From Camelus ferus (taxonomy: Eukaryota): 64,000 bases of DNA. How positions within the stretch are numbered: position 1 is the stretch's first letter; every line of letters begins with the position of its first letter. Both the position numbers and the translations under genes were made by a program. The stretch covers positions 104,472,001 through 104,536,000 of the forward strand of contig NC_045697.1 in the NCBI RefSeq assembly GCF_009834535.1, read 5' to 3'. Below, one piece after another: positions 25,785 to 37,490 of this stretch. Under the pieces are notes generated by a model. That model had not been told where the DNA came from. It worked only from the letters and a program-made list of their open reading frames with translations, and searched no databases.

Positions 25785-27690
25785 CAATGAATCAACAGAA
25801 AAAGAAAGTAAAGAAACAATCCCCTTTAAAATAGCACCCAAAGTAACAAAATACCTAGGGATTAATCTAACCAAGGAGGTGAAAGAATTATACACAGAAA
25901 ACTGTAAACCACTGATGAAGGAAATTAAAGAAGACTTTAAAAAATGGAAAGATATTCCATTCTCTTAGATTGGAAGAATCAATATTGTTAAAATGGTCAC
26001 ACTGCCCAAGGCAATCTACAGATTTAATGCAATCCTTATCAAATTACCTAGGACATATTTCACAGAACTAGAACAAAACATAGTAAAATTTATATGGAAC
26101 CATCAAAGACCTAGAATTGCCAAAGCATTACTGAAGACAAAGAAAGAGGCTGGAGGAATAACTCTCCCAGACTTCAGACAATACTATAGAGATACAGTAA
26201 TCAAGACAGCATGGTATTGGTACTAAAACAGACGTATAGACCAATGGAACAGAATACAGAGTCCAGAAATGAACCCACAAACTTTTGGTCAACTCATCTT
26301 CGACAAAGGAGGCAAGAATATACAATGGAATAAAGACAGTCTCTTCAGCAAATGGTGTTGGGAAAACTGGACAGCAGCATGTAAAGCAATGAAGCTAGAA
26401 CACTCCCTTACACCATACACAAAAATAAACTCAAAATGGATCAAAGACTTAAACATAAGGCAAGATACAATAAACCACCTAGAAGAAAATATAGGCAAAA
26501 CATTATGTGACATACATCTCAAAAATGTTCTCCTAGGACAGTCTACCCAAGCAATAGAAATAAAAGCAAGAACAAATGGGACCTAATGAAACTTACAAGC
26601 TTCTGCACAGCAAAGGAAACCATAAATAAAACAAAAAGACAACCTACGGAATGGGAGAAAATTTTTGCAAATGAAACTGACAAAGGCTTGATCTCCAGAA
26701 TATATAAGCAGCTCATACGACTTAACAAGAAAAAAACAAACAACCCAACCCAAAAATGGGCAGAAGACCTAAACAAGCAATTCTCCAAGGAAGACATACA
26801 AATGATCAATAGGCACATGAAAAAATGCTCTATATCACTAATTATCAGAGAAATGCAAATCAAAACTACAATGAGGTATCACCTCACACCAGTCAGAATG
26901 GCCATCATTCAAAAATCCACAAGTGACAAATGCTGGAGAGGCTGTGAAGAAAAGGGAACCCTCCTACACTGCTGGTGGGAATGCAGTTTGGTACAGCCAC
27001 TGTGGAAAGCAGTATGGAGATTCCTCAAAAGACTAGGAATAGACTTACCATATGACCCAGGAATCCTGCTCCTGGGCATATATCCAGAAGGAACCCTACT
27101 TCAAAATGACACCTGCACCCCAATGTTCATAGCAGCACTATTTACAATAGCGGCCGCCAAGACATGGAAACAGCCTAAATGCCCATCAACAGATGACTGG
27201 ATAAAGAAGAAGTGGTATATTTACACAATGGAATACTATTCAGCCATAAAAACTGACAACGTAACGCCATTTGCAGCAACATGGATATTCCTGGAGAATG
27301 TCATTCTAAGTGAAGTAATCCAGAAAGAGAAAGAAAAATACCATATGAGATCACTTATATGTGGAATCTAAAAACAAACAAACAAACAAACAAAGCATAA
27401 ATACAAAACAGAAATAGACTCATAGACATAGAATACAAACTTGTGGTTGCCAAGGGGATGGGGAGTGGGAAGGGATAGACTGGGATTTCAAAATTGTAGA
27501 ACAGATAAACAAGATTATACTGTATAGCACAGGGAAATATATACAAGATCTTATGGTAGTTCACAACGGAAAAAAAAATGTGACGAATATATATATATGT
27601 TCATGTATAACTGAAAAATTGTGCTCTACACTGGAATTTGACACAACATTGTAAAATGGTTATAAATCAATAAAAAAATGTTAAAAAAAT
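25785..27690 (+). mobile_element. Young 5'-truncated L1 (3' part of ORF2 and full 3' UTR)
   Basis: Colinear ORF2 fragments 25993-26226, 26269-26586 and 26586-27371; AATAAA plus A tail. Confidence 0.97.
26586..27371 (+). pseudogene. L1 ORF2p C-terminal fragment (261 aa open stretch)
   Basis: Intact CX3CX7HX4C motif [18 protein letters not shown]; an upstream stop (about 26224) and a frameshift (about 26570) show it is non-functional. Confidence 0.9.
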
Positions 27691-28574
27691 TGTCAGACTG
27701 GCTGTTCTATCACTGACCTATTTATTGTTCAAATTCTGGAACAGAAAAGAAAAAAAGAGCTTTCAAATACACAAGGAAATGCCAGGAACATGTAAAAGAT
27801 TTAAAAGCCATGGTTGCATTGGGTCCCTGCCTTGTGTATAGTCATGCTTTCAAAAGGTTTATAATAAGAACCAATAACTCGATGAACGTTGAGGACTGAC
27901 TCCTATCAGTCTACATACCACCACCAGGGCAAGAATTTCTCTCAGATCTTAGCTTCCAGGTGTGGTTCACCTCACTCAACCTTTCTCACTTTAAAGAATT
28001 TCTTTTCCTCAAGGTGCTTTCAAATTCTAATGAGCCTCCAGATGTCTGTTGCAAAATATCTGTGGCCCTTTACACACTTTCATCACTGGCTCATAAACAA
28101 CTCTTCTTTTATCTTCAAACAGCCTCCACGTGTTTCAAAGTTTGTTTCTAAAAAAAAGTTTTGTTTGACTACACAATTCTAGGGGATTTTGTATTTCTGT
28201 CTAAAAGTCAATGAGCTTTGGCTTTGACGAGTTTCTTTTTGTACCTGAACACATCTTCAGTTTACATTTTTGCTTATCATAGAGATGACAGGTCCCATCA
28301 AAAATAACAAGTTGTCAACCTGACTAATCTTTGTCCTTAAGACATGAGGCTAATCCCTGCAGGCCTGTGAAGCTTCTAGACTCTACCATGTGCTGTTAAA
28401 GATAGAAGGTAGACTAAAGAATCAAAACCTCACACAATGTAAGATTTTACACATCACAGCTTATTAACATACTGACATTACGAGCGGCTTCTATTTTTTT
28501 CATCATTTTTTGCTTTATTGCTGTTAGGTAGAATAGATTTTAGTTGCTGTTTTGTTTTAAAGTAAAGCCCTGGA

Positions 28575-28921
28575 GGAGGGGCTTGAAGATGGTGGAATAG
28601 AAGGACACGGAGCTCACCTTCTCCCATGAATACATCAAAAAGACATTTACACGTCCAACAATTCTCACAGGATACCTACTGAACTTTGGCAGAAGATTTG
28701 TACAATTGGAACTACAAAGAAATCTTCACAAAGCCAGATAAACAACAAGGTCCTACTTGTTGTATAGGGAATTATACTCAATACATTGTAGCAGCCTACA
28801 ATGAGAAAGAATATAAGAATATGAAAAGGAATATATATATAACTGAATAACTATTCTGTACACCAGAAATTAACAGAACATTGTAAACTGAATATAATTC
28901 AATTAAAAAATTTGAATAAAC
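28575..28921 (+). mobile_element. Internally deleted or spliced L1 (5' end fused to 3' end)
   Basis: L1-type 5' start aagatggtggaatagaaggac..gagctcacct..tacatcaaaaa joined at 28737/8 to the 3' UTR ataaacaacaaggtcctac; imperfect TSD aaagtaaagccctgga / aaagtgaaactctgga. Confidence 0.75.
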
Positions 28922-29715
28922 AAAGTGAAACTCTGGACTGCACTGAAACACAACTATGGAAGAAAACAGTAACAGGAACGGTTTAAAAGAGATGTTAGGA
29001 CTGCAAAACGTCCAGCTTCACAGAAGCACCCTAAGACCAGGAGCTGTGTCTTACTCATCTTTGTAATCTTTCTCCCTTAGGATATGGCTCTCCACTCCTA
29101 CCAAGGACTGGCTTCCACTGGTCTACACAGGGCCTCAATACAAATTAGAAAAAGATATCTCTTCTTCCCGTAGAAATTTTTTTTAAGTCAGCATAGTGTT
29201 TATTTCTGTTACAACAACCACAATAGGTGTAAAGTCACTCTTTATGAAATTCACAAATCCAACTCTTGAACATAAAGGACAAAATTAAAAATTGTAATCA
29301 GAGTAATAAAGAATGCCAACTAATTACAATATAGTAATTTGTTTAAAATAATTACACATCATTCTTCCATGGTGAATAAATTTATTACAGCAATTCCAAT
29401 AATTATTTGTAACTGTCTCATTCTATAGAAATGGCCTCTGGGTTAGCCTGTATTTTTTGTAATAGTGTAGATCTTAAATCATGTTTATTAAATATTTAAT
29501 GTGAGAATAAAGTCTCCACTGGCACTGATACTGAGAGTTGAATGTAAACTGAGAGCCAAGTAAGTATCTGGAGCTGTATGCAGTAAATTAAGGCTGCATG
29601 ATGCGCTATCAGTGCCATTCGTTAGTATGTTCATCAGTCAACTTCAGTTGTAAATTTTTACGTACTTGTAGTAATTCATTTCTACAGTTTTTCAAAGTAT
29701 ATATGTCATCTAGAA

Positions 29716-30028
29716 CAGAGGTCAGCTAACAACGGCTCAAAGGCTAAGTCTGACCTACCATCTGTTTTTGTACTGCCATAAGCTAAGAATAGCTTTTGCA
29801 TTTTTAAATGATTAGGAGAAAAAACATTAATAGTATTGCATGATACATGAAAACTTCATAAAATTAAAATTTTGGCATTCACCAATAAAGTTTTATTGGA
29901 ACACAGTCCTGCTCATTTGCTTACGTATTGTATATGGCTGCTTTTACACTACAACACAAAGTTGAGTAGAGACCAAATGGCCCACAAAGCCTAAAATATT
30001 TACTGCCTAGCCCTTTTGCAAACCCCTG
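29716..30028. mobile_element. MER58B-like hAT-Charlie element
   Basis: cag...ctg termini; perfect 8-bp TSD atctagaa at 29708-29715 and 30029-30036; aataaagttttattggaacacag core. Confidence 0.9.
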
Positions 30029-30059
30029 ATCTAGAACTCTGAGAAGGCTGTGACAGTCT

Positions 30060-30238
30060 ATTTTTTTAAACGTTTTTTGATTATCATTTTACAATGTTGT
30101 GTCAAATTCCAGTGTAGAGCACAATTTTTCAGTTATACATGAACATACATATATTTATTGTCACATTTTTTTTTTTTTGCTGTGAGCTACCACAAGATCT
30201 TATATATATTTCCCTGTAATATACAGTATAATATTGTT
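30060..30238 (-). mobile_element. Short young L1 3' tail
   Basis: Reverse complement closely matches 27505-27690; TSD tgtgacagtct (30049) / tgtgatagtct (30239). Confidence 0.92.
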
Positions 30239-33200
30239 TGTGATAGTCTTTTGGTACTGAAAACTTTTTAAAATGAGAAGCATATGTCATTATTATGTAC
30301 CAGCAGTAATGGTTATATAATGACATTATTATATATTATTATTATGTATTATTATGATCTAGATTTACTGTATTTATATTGCATGTTATTATTCTTTATA
30401 GGTCTGTATTGTTAATACATCTATGTATTTAGGTATCTTTCATTATATCATCAGCAATTTCTAAAAGTGCACAACACACTTTAATTTAGTTTTCAGTGAC
30501 AGAATGTTATCAGTTGACTTCATCATGTTTTTGACAAAGGTTTTTAAGTTTTTTATCCTTCGTAAATGTGGTTTTAAATACAGTTCAATGTTTGAAGTCA
30601 AAAAGTCATTGGTTAGTTCTTGGAAGTTGGAAAATTTAGTGATGTCAAAAATATTTTTAACTGCATTGTTAATGATCAAGTGTAAAGAACGGACAGGTCA
30701 AAAAATAAAGACTTTTGTGCAACCTGTTATGTTTTCTATATATACACTTAAATCCCTGGCCCCTCAATCTATTTTTTCCTTTATTATTGTTTTCGTAAGT
30801 GATTTAGTCCCGAAGAAATGTACACAGTTCTTCTTTAGTTATTTAATTTACATGGAAAATTCCAATCCAAGAGTTCACATATGGAAATATATGCATTTCT
30901 ATAATCTACAAACCTAACAATAATTGCTCTTAACTTGGCATACATTAGGGATTTTATCTAAAATAATTCAGTTATGTTTTACATTTCTTTTTATCCAAAC
31001 TATTCTGTTATAATTTCATAATTTTGGTTTTTTATTCCATCCTTCGGGAAGTATATTATGTTGCCAATGTTTCTATTTTGTGCAAATGTCTTCCATAACA
31101 TACAATTCTGCTACAGTGTCTGCAAAATATAGCAAACTGCCATTATCTCACTCATAAAATTTCTTGAATAATCCTCTCAATGCTAACACATAGCTTTGCC
31201 AAAAACTGAATCACTCATATTAAGAGGCCATCACACTATGACAATATTTTTCTCTTTTCTGAATAACCTCTGTAGCATCGATAGTTATGAAACTTTTCTA
31301 TACAGTATTTCAGTTTTGAGCACTTATATTACTATTGATGTGCATTACACTTTTTTCCATTCTTAGTAAGAATACATAATAAAAGCTGACAGTCCTTGAC
31401 TACTTCATCATTCATTAGTGGAGTTTATTCTATCCCCAAAGTATTTATAATATGGACAAAAGAATCTTTTGACGTAAAATAACTATAATCTAATCATTTT
31501 CAACATTTGGGAGAATTCGTGTATAATCATATGTTCTTACCTACAGTTTATTTTGTAATATAATACTGTCTTACAAGAATTGGATCATTTTCAACAGGAG
31601 TGGCATATCCTTGTGTTTCATATTCAAATTAGATGGCCATAAACCTGGATGCCAAATAGAATGTTCAGTTTAAAAGATTCTTTTGTGTTTTTCCCCTTCA
31701 AATTGTTCTTGAAATTGTTCATTTAGAGTTGACATTGAGGTGGAAGGGAAATTTACATACATCTCCATTAATGACATATCTATGCTGCATTCTGCTGAAT
31801 ATTCTAGTTTCAAAATTCTTTTCTTTTTTGGTCTTCTATTTCTCTATTTATTTAACTAGCCAAAGTTTCTCTTGATCTTTTTTTCTAACAACTTCCCAAT
31901 TACATCTCTTCTGATACCAATAATTTATTTAAATTTTCTTTTCAACATCCGAGGGAAAATACATCTTTTTTCAAAAATTTATAACATTTAAAAATATTAT
32001 ATAACATGTCTCTAAATTTTAAGTAGTTAATTTTTGCATGAACATTTCCATAGTAAAAAAAATACTCAATACTATAATATAATTAATAAATTGTTACATG
32101 GTAATCTAATTTGTATCTATGTAAAATATACTTTGTAGATTATTAACAGGGTTTGAATCATTACTTAGTAATTTATGTCATAATATAAGTACTTGTAAAT
32201 TAACTGGTAACTTAGCAATACAATTCTGGTCTAGGAAACAAATGGCAGATGGTATAAACTGTAGCATATGATACCCAATTAAGCCAGTGTACTAAAACCA
32301 ATAGGGGATTTTTAAAAAGATATTCACCAAGATATTTAATAAGAATTTTCTTGTTTAGAGGCCCAGTTATTTGATCAAAATGTTGGTTTTTTTAAAGTAT
32401 TAAATCTATTCCTGTTTTGTAATGTAAAGCAGAATAATACAAATTTTTTCTGCTGTATTAAGCCCCTATGCAACCTTCCATTAGAAATTTGTCACATTAT
32501 GCTGGTTTCAATAGAGGAAAATTCCTTACTGTCACAAGCCAGAAATGTGCTGTAATTAATATGCAGGCAATTCCTCTCTGGATCCAACACTTAGGATAAA
32601 TAAAATAGTTTAAAAATCTCAATATAATAAGCATGTATACCTATGGAATCAATCCTGTTTGCTATGGCACCCTTGTGCAGCACACAACCTGAACAATGTA
32701 AACAGCAGCTATCTATAAGAGGGAATGTGGAAATACTCCCATCCAGTGCCTATCCTAGGAGTAGTTTAACAAGAATTGTTAAGTGAATGGCATGTGGTAC
32801 CTAATCTGTATCTATCTTTTATTTTTTTTCTCTTTCCCATTCCCATCCTCTGTCCCAAACTTTCTTCATTTAACTTGAATCTTTATTGAAAGTTGAGATT
32901 GTTCTGAGTAATATCAAGCATTTTGTGCCTCTCAACAAAACAGTCATCCAAGCCCAAAGAAAGAGTAACTTTTAAAAATATGGAAAATTGAGGAAATGTA
33001 GTAACCCTGTATTTGGATGGGCCATCCACATAAACAGCTAGAATACAGCTACTAGTGTTTAAGAAGAGATCAATTTTAAACATGAGACAGACAATAGTGG
33101 TTCAGCAGAAGAAACTAAAATGATAATGTCTCTAAAAGCATAACTACAATTCATTTTTAAAAACGTATTAAGCATGCAGAATTTAGCACTGGATATCCAT

Positions 33201-33334
33201 CCTAGTGGGAGAGAGAACCAACATACAGATTAATTCTATACTGCTAGAATATGACATATACTATGAAATGGGTACAGAGAAGTGCTTTGGGGAGATAAAG
33301 GAGAAAGAAATCACTATAAAAGATCGTGAAATTT

Positions 33335-33960
33335 TCTTTAATTGATTGATCAAATATTGATTGAGGACCTATGATGGGCAGGAACTATTCTTAGTGTTAA
33401 AGCAAAAAAAAAAAACCAGCAAAAATAATCACCCTCCCAGAGCTTACAATCCATGGATGGAATCAGACAATAAACAAGTAAAAATTAAACATCTTACATA
33501 GTGCAGAGCGCTCTGGAGAACAGTAATGGCAGAGGACTGGAGTTGTGTTGGAGACGTGCGGTTTTAGACAGGGTATACAGGAGGCCTCCACAGGAAGGCC
33601 ATGTTTCAGAGAAGCCCTGAAGGAGGCCTGGGAGTAAGTCATGTGATTCTTGTTAATATCATTTGTTTTGAGGGAACTGTCTGTGCCAGAGTGTGACTGG
33701 TGAGATGGAGGAATTACACATCCAGGGAACAGTGTGAAGGCCAGTGGGGCTGGAGTGGAGAGGAAGTCCAGTTGTAGGAGACGTGGGGAGAGAGAAAACG
33801 AGGGGCCAGATCATGTAGGACCTTGGAGAGCACTGTGAGGGCTCTCTCTCTGAAGGAAAGGAAAACAAGTAGGGGCAACTGTCTCAAAACTCTGGACTGG
33901 AGATGGTAGTGGCTCAGACCAGAGTGATAGTGGAGATTGTCTGAGGTGGTCATAGAGGAA
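33335..33960 (-). mobile_element. L2 LINE 3' part
   Basis: aaatattgattgaggacctatgatgggcagg..ccagagcttacaatcca..gaaggccagtggggctggagtggag. Confidence 0.8.
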
Positions 33961-36054
33961 CACAGAAATCTCTTTTAACATTTTCTGAGTGCCTCCCCAG
34001 ATGCCAAGAACTGTACCCAGCTCAAGAGCTGGGTCTGAATCCCTTGCATGAATACTTTGTACTTCCTTGACCGATAACTCAAACCCTATTGAAACTGAGA
34101 GTTGCCCTTTCTGAAATATGCCTTCTTGCTGCTCTCAGGTCAAACTGACCTCCAGGATCCTCACTCTGACCCAACCCAGACTACTTTTCACTGTAACCCT
34201 TGGATGTGGTGACCTGAAATCCCTCATTCCCACCAGCAGCAACTTACTTCATAGTTAGAGTTATTGTCCATGAAAGGCAGAGGTGAAAACTTTCATTGCA
34301 TATTTGGAGGATAGCACCCAACTGGTCTAGACACCCAAGATCACAGTGTGTGTGAAAGGTAGCAATGGAAGATGAGACTAGAAAGGCAGACTTGGGTCTG
34401 GGAGGGCCACCACATGACATTTGGACCTCATCTTCTAGGACAAGGCCAATGGACACACATCTTTTATTGCATGCTTTTTATAAGTGTTGTAAATTGGATT
34501 ACTGTTCAGCAACTATTTAGTATCTTCTCTCCTTCTAGGCAAGAATATTCGATCCTACCTTTGCTGACAAGGGGGCTTGGTCATTCCCAATACATGTATA
34601 TTTTTTGGGTGTATATACATGCATTACTATGCAAACACAAATACGTACAAAATATAAACATAAATTACAAATTTGAAAGGTATGAGCAGAAAACTAATTA
34701 GGAATAAAGTCCTAATAGTTTCTTTCCACATCCCAGTGGATGGTCTTAAGCACTTCCTGGGATGGTGGGTCCAAATCTGTGCTCTCAGCTATCAGATTTT
34801 GCTGTTTGAAATAAACTAAAACATTATTAGCACCTACTTTATTCCAGAAATTAGGGATAGATGCACCAAAAAAAGAAGATGATGATGACAAGGTCAGGGC
34901 ACTGGTCTTAAAGAAGGTTTACAGCAGGAAAGAGCATAAAAAGTTTAAAAGAGAGTATTTTAGAAACAGGAAGTAGGGATAAGAGATTAGAGATAAGAGG
35001 AGAGAGATTTTAGTAGGTAGTTTATAAAGTATTGACTTGGCCACGAAGGAGGGACGACAAGAAGAATGGAGAAAAGAAGGGAGAGAGAGAAAAGAAAAAA
35101 ATTTGGAAATAGTTTGAAATAATCCTCAGCTGGATAAAGATCTGCCTAATAACTAAACTTCAGCTCATTTCCATACATACCTATGAAATAATGGTTTATA
35201 TTTATAAACTACTATTTGTAAAGTATCCTCATATACTCCATTTGATTTTAGTTTTCGTAATCCTCACAGTAACCCTATGGGACGGACATTCATATCCTCA
35301 TTTGGTAACTGAAGACCACCGAGGCTTAACATTTCTTCCCTCACATCTAAAAGGATGCAGAAGAATCTGGAAACACTTTTCCCTCTGGTCTTGGAGTTAA
35401 TTTTCACAGTCAGATGTGGGAAGATCTTCCTTCACTTTGAAAGATTACAGCAGTTCTATATGTTAACCTTGCCTGGTGAGCAACCAGCTAAAACTATGGT
35501 CTTGAGAAAAATGAGTTAGAGAGGCCATGTGGTTTGGGGAGTTATACAGACAATATTGCAGATGTTCTGTCAGGTGTGTTACAAAGCTCTCATCCATGTA
35601 AGGGAACACTCTGCTGAGTGTTATCTGGTGGGAACACTCTTAGTAAGAATGAATGATGTTTACCTACAACTATTTTTGAGATGTGGGGTCCTTATCTACA
35701 TTTTACAATGCATAACCAAAAGCCCTGGACTCAGGAATAATAGTAAAATTTCAGAATGAATTGAAAATCAGGAAAACAACTTAATGTCTTTGATGGAGAG
35801 CAAGGTAATAAATAAAAAATGGGTTTAGAGAAGTATTGTGTTCAAGATCAAGTTCCAACAAATTAGGAGAAGTGCAAACTTAGGTTGTCTGCCATATATC
35901 CTCATCTCAAGGAGTGGTTAGGAAGCTCAAATAAGATAATAAATGGAAAGTGTTTTGAAAATTTGTTGACAGATCCAAGAAATGGTTATTGCATCAGACA
36001 TACACACGTGAACAATATGAGCATTGCCTCCGCCCTCATGGAGCTTAGAGTCTC

Positions 36055-36865
36055 AAAATACATATTTATTGAGTGATTTATACGTATCAGGCACTGAGGT
36101 GAGCACTGGGGATAAATGGTGAGCAAGTTCTTGCTGTCTAGGTGCTTAGAACATAGGGGAGAAGTGACAAACACAAAACACACCAGCCACACAAGTAAGT
36201 GTCAAACTGAAATGGGGCAGGTGCCAGGAAGGGAAGAGGTGCCCTCTGCTATGACAGGACTTTCGCCTCACAGACCGATCATGTGAGCTCAATTCTGAAT
36301 GATGATGAGAAGAAAAGCCATTTGAAGGGCAAAGAGCAGACAATCTCCAGAGACAGAGGGAGGAAGCCAGTCTATTTTACAAAAGAAAAGAAAGCCACTG
36401 TGAGTGCACTGAACAATGAGTGGGATCACAGAGCGAGATGAAGTTGGGAAGGAGGTAGGGTCCATGGCCATTCAGGCTATTTTAAGGGGATTCTCACTTT
36501 ACTCCAGGAGCCCTGGGACTCAATCATAGAGTTTTAAGTCATGAAAACAGTGTGTTGAATATTATGTTCATACTGCCTTTTGTAAAGATCACAGGGTTAC
36601 AATGTGGAGATCTGACTGGAATATTATGAAGCAAGAGTGACAGATAAGATAGAAAATACTGGAAGCTAATGAGCAGTTTGAACAAGAGGCAATGGTATTC
36701 CAGACTAGGGTAGAGGTGGTGGAGGACAGAAGAAATATATAGGCATTAAAATGACAGGATTTTCATGATACTTTGGATATGAAAGGTGCGGGAGATGGAA
36801 GTAAGAATGACAGGACTTTTGGCTTAGGACACTGGATGCACGATGGTGCTACTCACGGAAGTAGG
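36055..36865 (-). mobile_element. L2 LINE
   Basis: atatttattgagtg..caggcactg..gactagggtagaggtgg..tttggcttaggacactggatg. Confidence 0.75.
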
Positions 36866-36974
36866 ATTGTTGACTATTATTCCTAAGTACAGGTCTTTTT
36901 GCTATCTGTTGTAAAATTCAGATAAGGCTCCCACATATCCTAAAACAATTACAGGTACACATCATGATCTTCAT

Positions 36975-37333
36975 CCATTAGAGTTGCTCTAACAAAAATA
37001 CCATAGATTGGGTAACTTAATAAATATTTCTCACAGTTCTGGAGGCTGCAAGTCCAAGATCAAGTCACTGATAGATTCAGTATCTGGGGAGGGCCTGCTT
37101 CTTGGTTCAAAGGCAGCTGTCTTCTCTCTGTATTGTCACAAAGCAGAAGGGGTGAGGGAGCTCTCTGGGGTCTCTTTTATAACGGCGCTTAATCTCATTC
37201 ACGAGGGCTCCACCCTCACAACCTAATTATCTCCCAAAGACTCCACTTCCTAATAGCATCACATTAGGATGGATCACAACAAAGGAACTGGGGCGGGGCG
37301 AGGGATGGAATACAAACATTCAGTCCGTAACAA
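36975..37333 (-). mobile_element. MLT1A-like solo LTR
   Basis: taacaaaaataccatagattgggtaactta..tctcacagttctggaggctg..aaacattcagtccgtaaca. Confidence 0.9.
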
Positions 37334-37365
37334 TGATTTAGCCTCACTAAGTGAAAATGTCTGGT

Positions 37366-37490
37366 GGGGAGGGTATAGCTCAGTGGTAGAGTGTTAGCTT
37401 TGCATGCGTGAGGTCCTGGGTTCAATCCCCAGTACCTCCATTAAAATAAATAAACCTAGTTACTCACCCCCCCCAAAAAAGTATTAAAAA
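37366..37490 (+). mobile_element. Camelid tRNA-derived SINE
   Basis: ggggagggtatagctcagtggtagagtg..gaggtcctgggttcaatccccagtacctcc followed by an A-rich tail. Confidence 0.92.

Larger units (their letters stand above)
29380..32712 (-). mobile_element. Fossil autonomous hAT-Tip100 DNA transposon (Zaphod/MER91-related) with decayed transposase
   Basis: Ordered minus-strand motifs: MER91-like terminus (32665-32712), PGLWP, VIQFLAK..LRG, IILD..P..IVRFVD, LRGQGF, SLHLIINNA, KPLSKT(RW), ASG..LRST..AISIE. Confidence 0.8.

Noticed and set aside
27790..28400. Possible processed pseudogene on the minus strand
   Set aside because: Composition looks slightly coding, but I could not recognise a protein, poly-A tail or TSD
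30461..30917. ORFs 30461-30679(-) and 30504-30917(+) as host exons, plus a CTTH-LNLVF-like motif on +
   Set aside because: The minus ORF is a piece of the dead hAT transposase; the + ORF and motif are antisense coincidences
2256..37440. Four tRNA-Ala-like sequences (about 2256, 13460, 15920 and 37366) as tRNA genes
   Set aside because: Each has a SINE body, an A-rich tail and scattered mutations, and two have clear TSDs; they are SINEs
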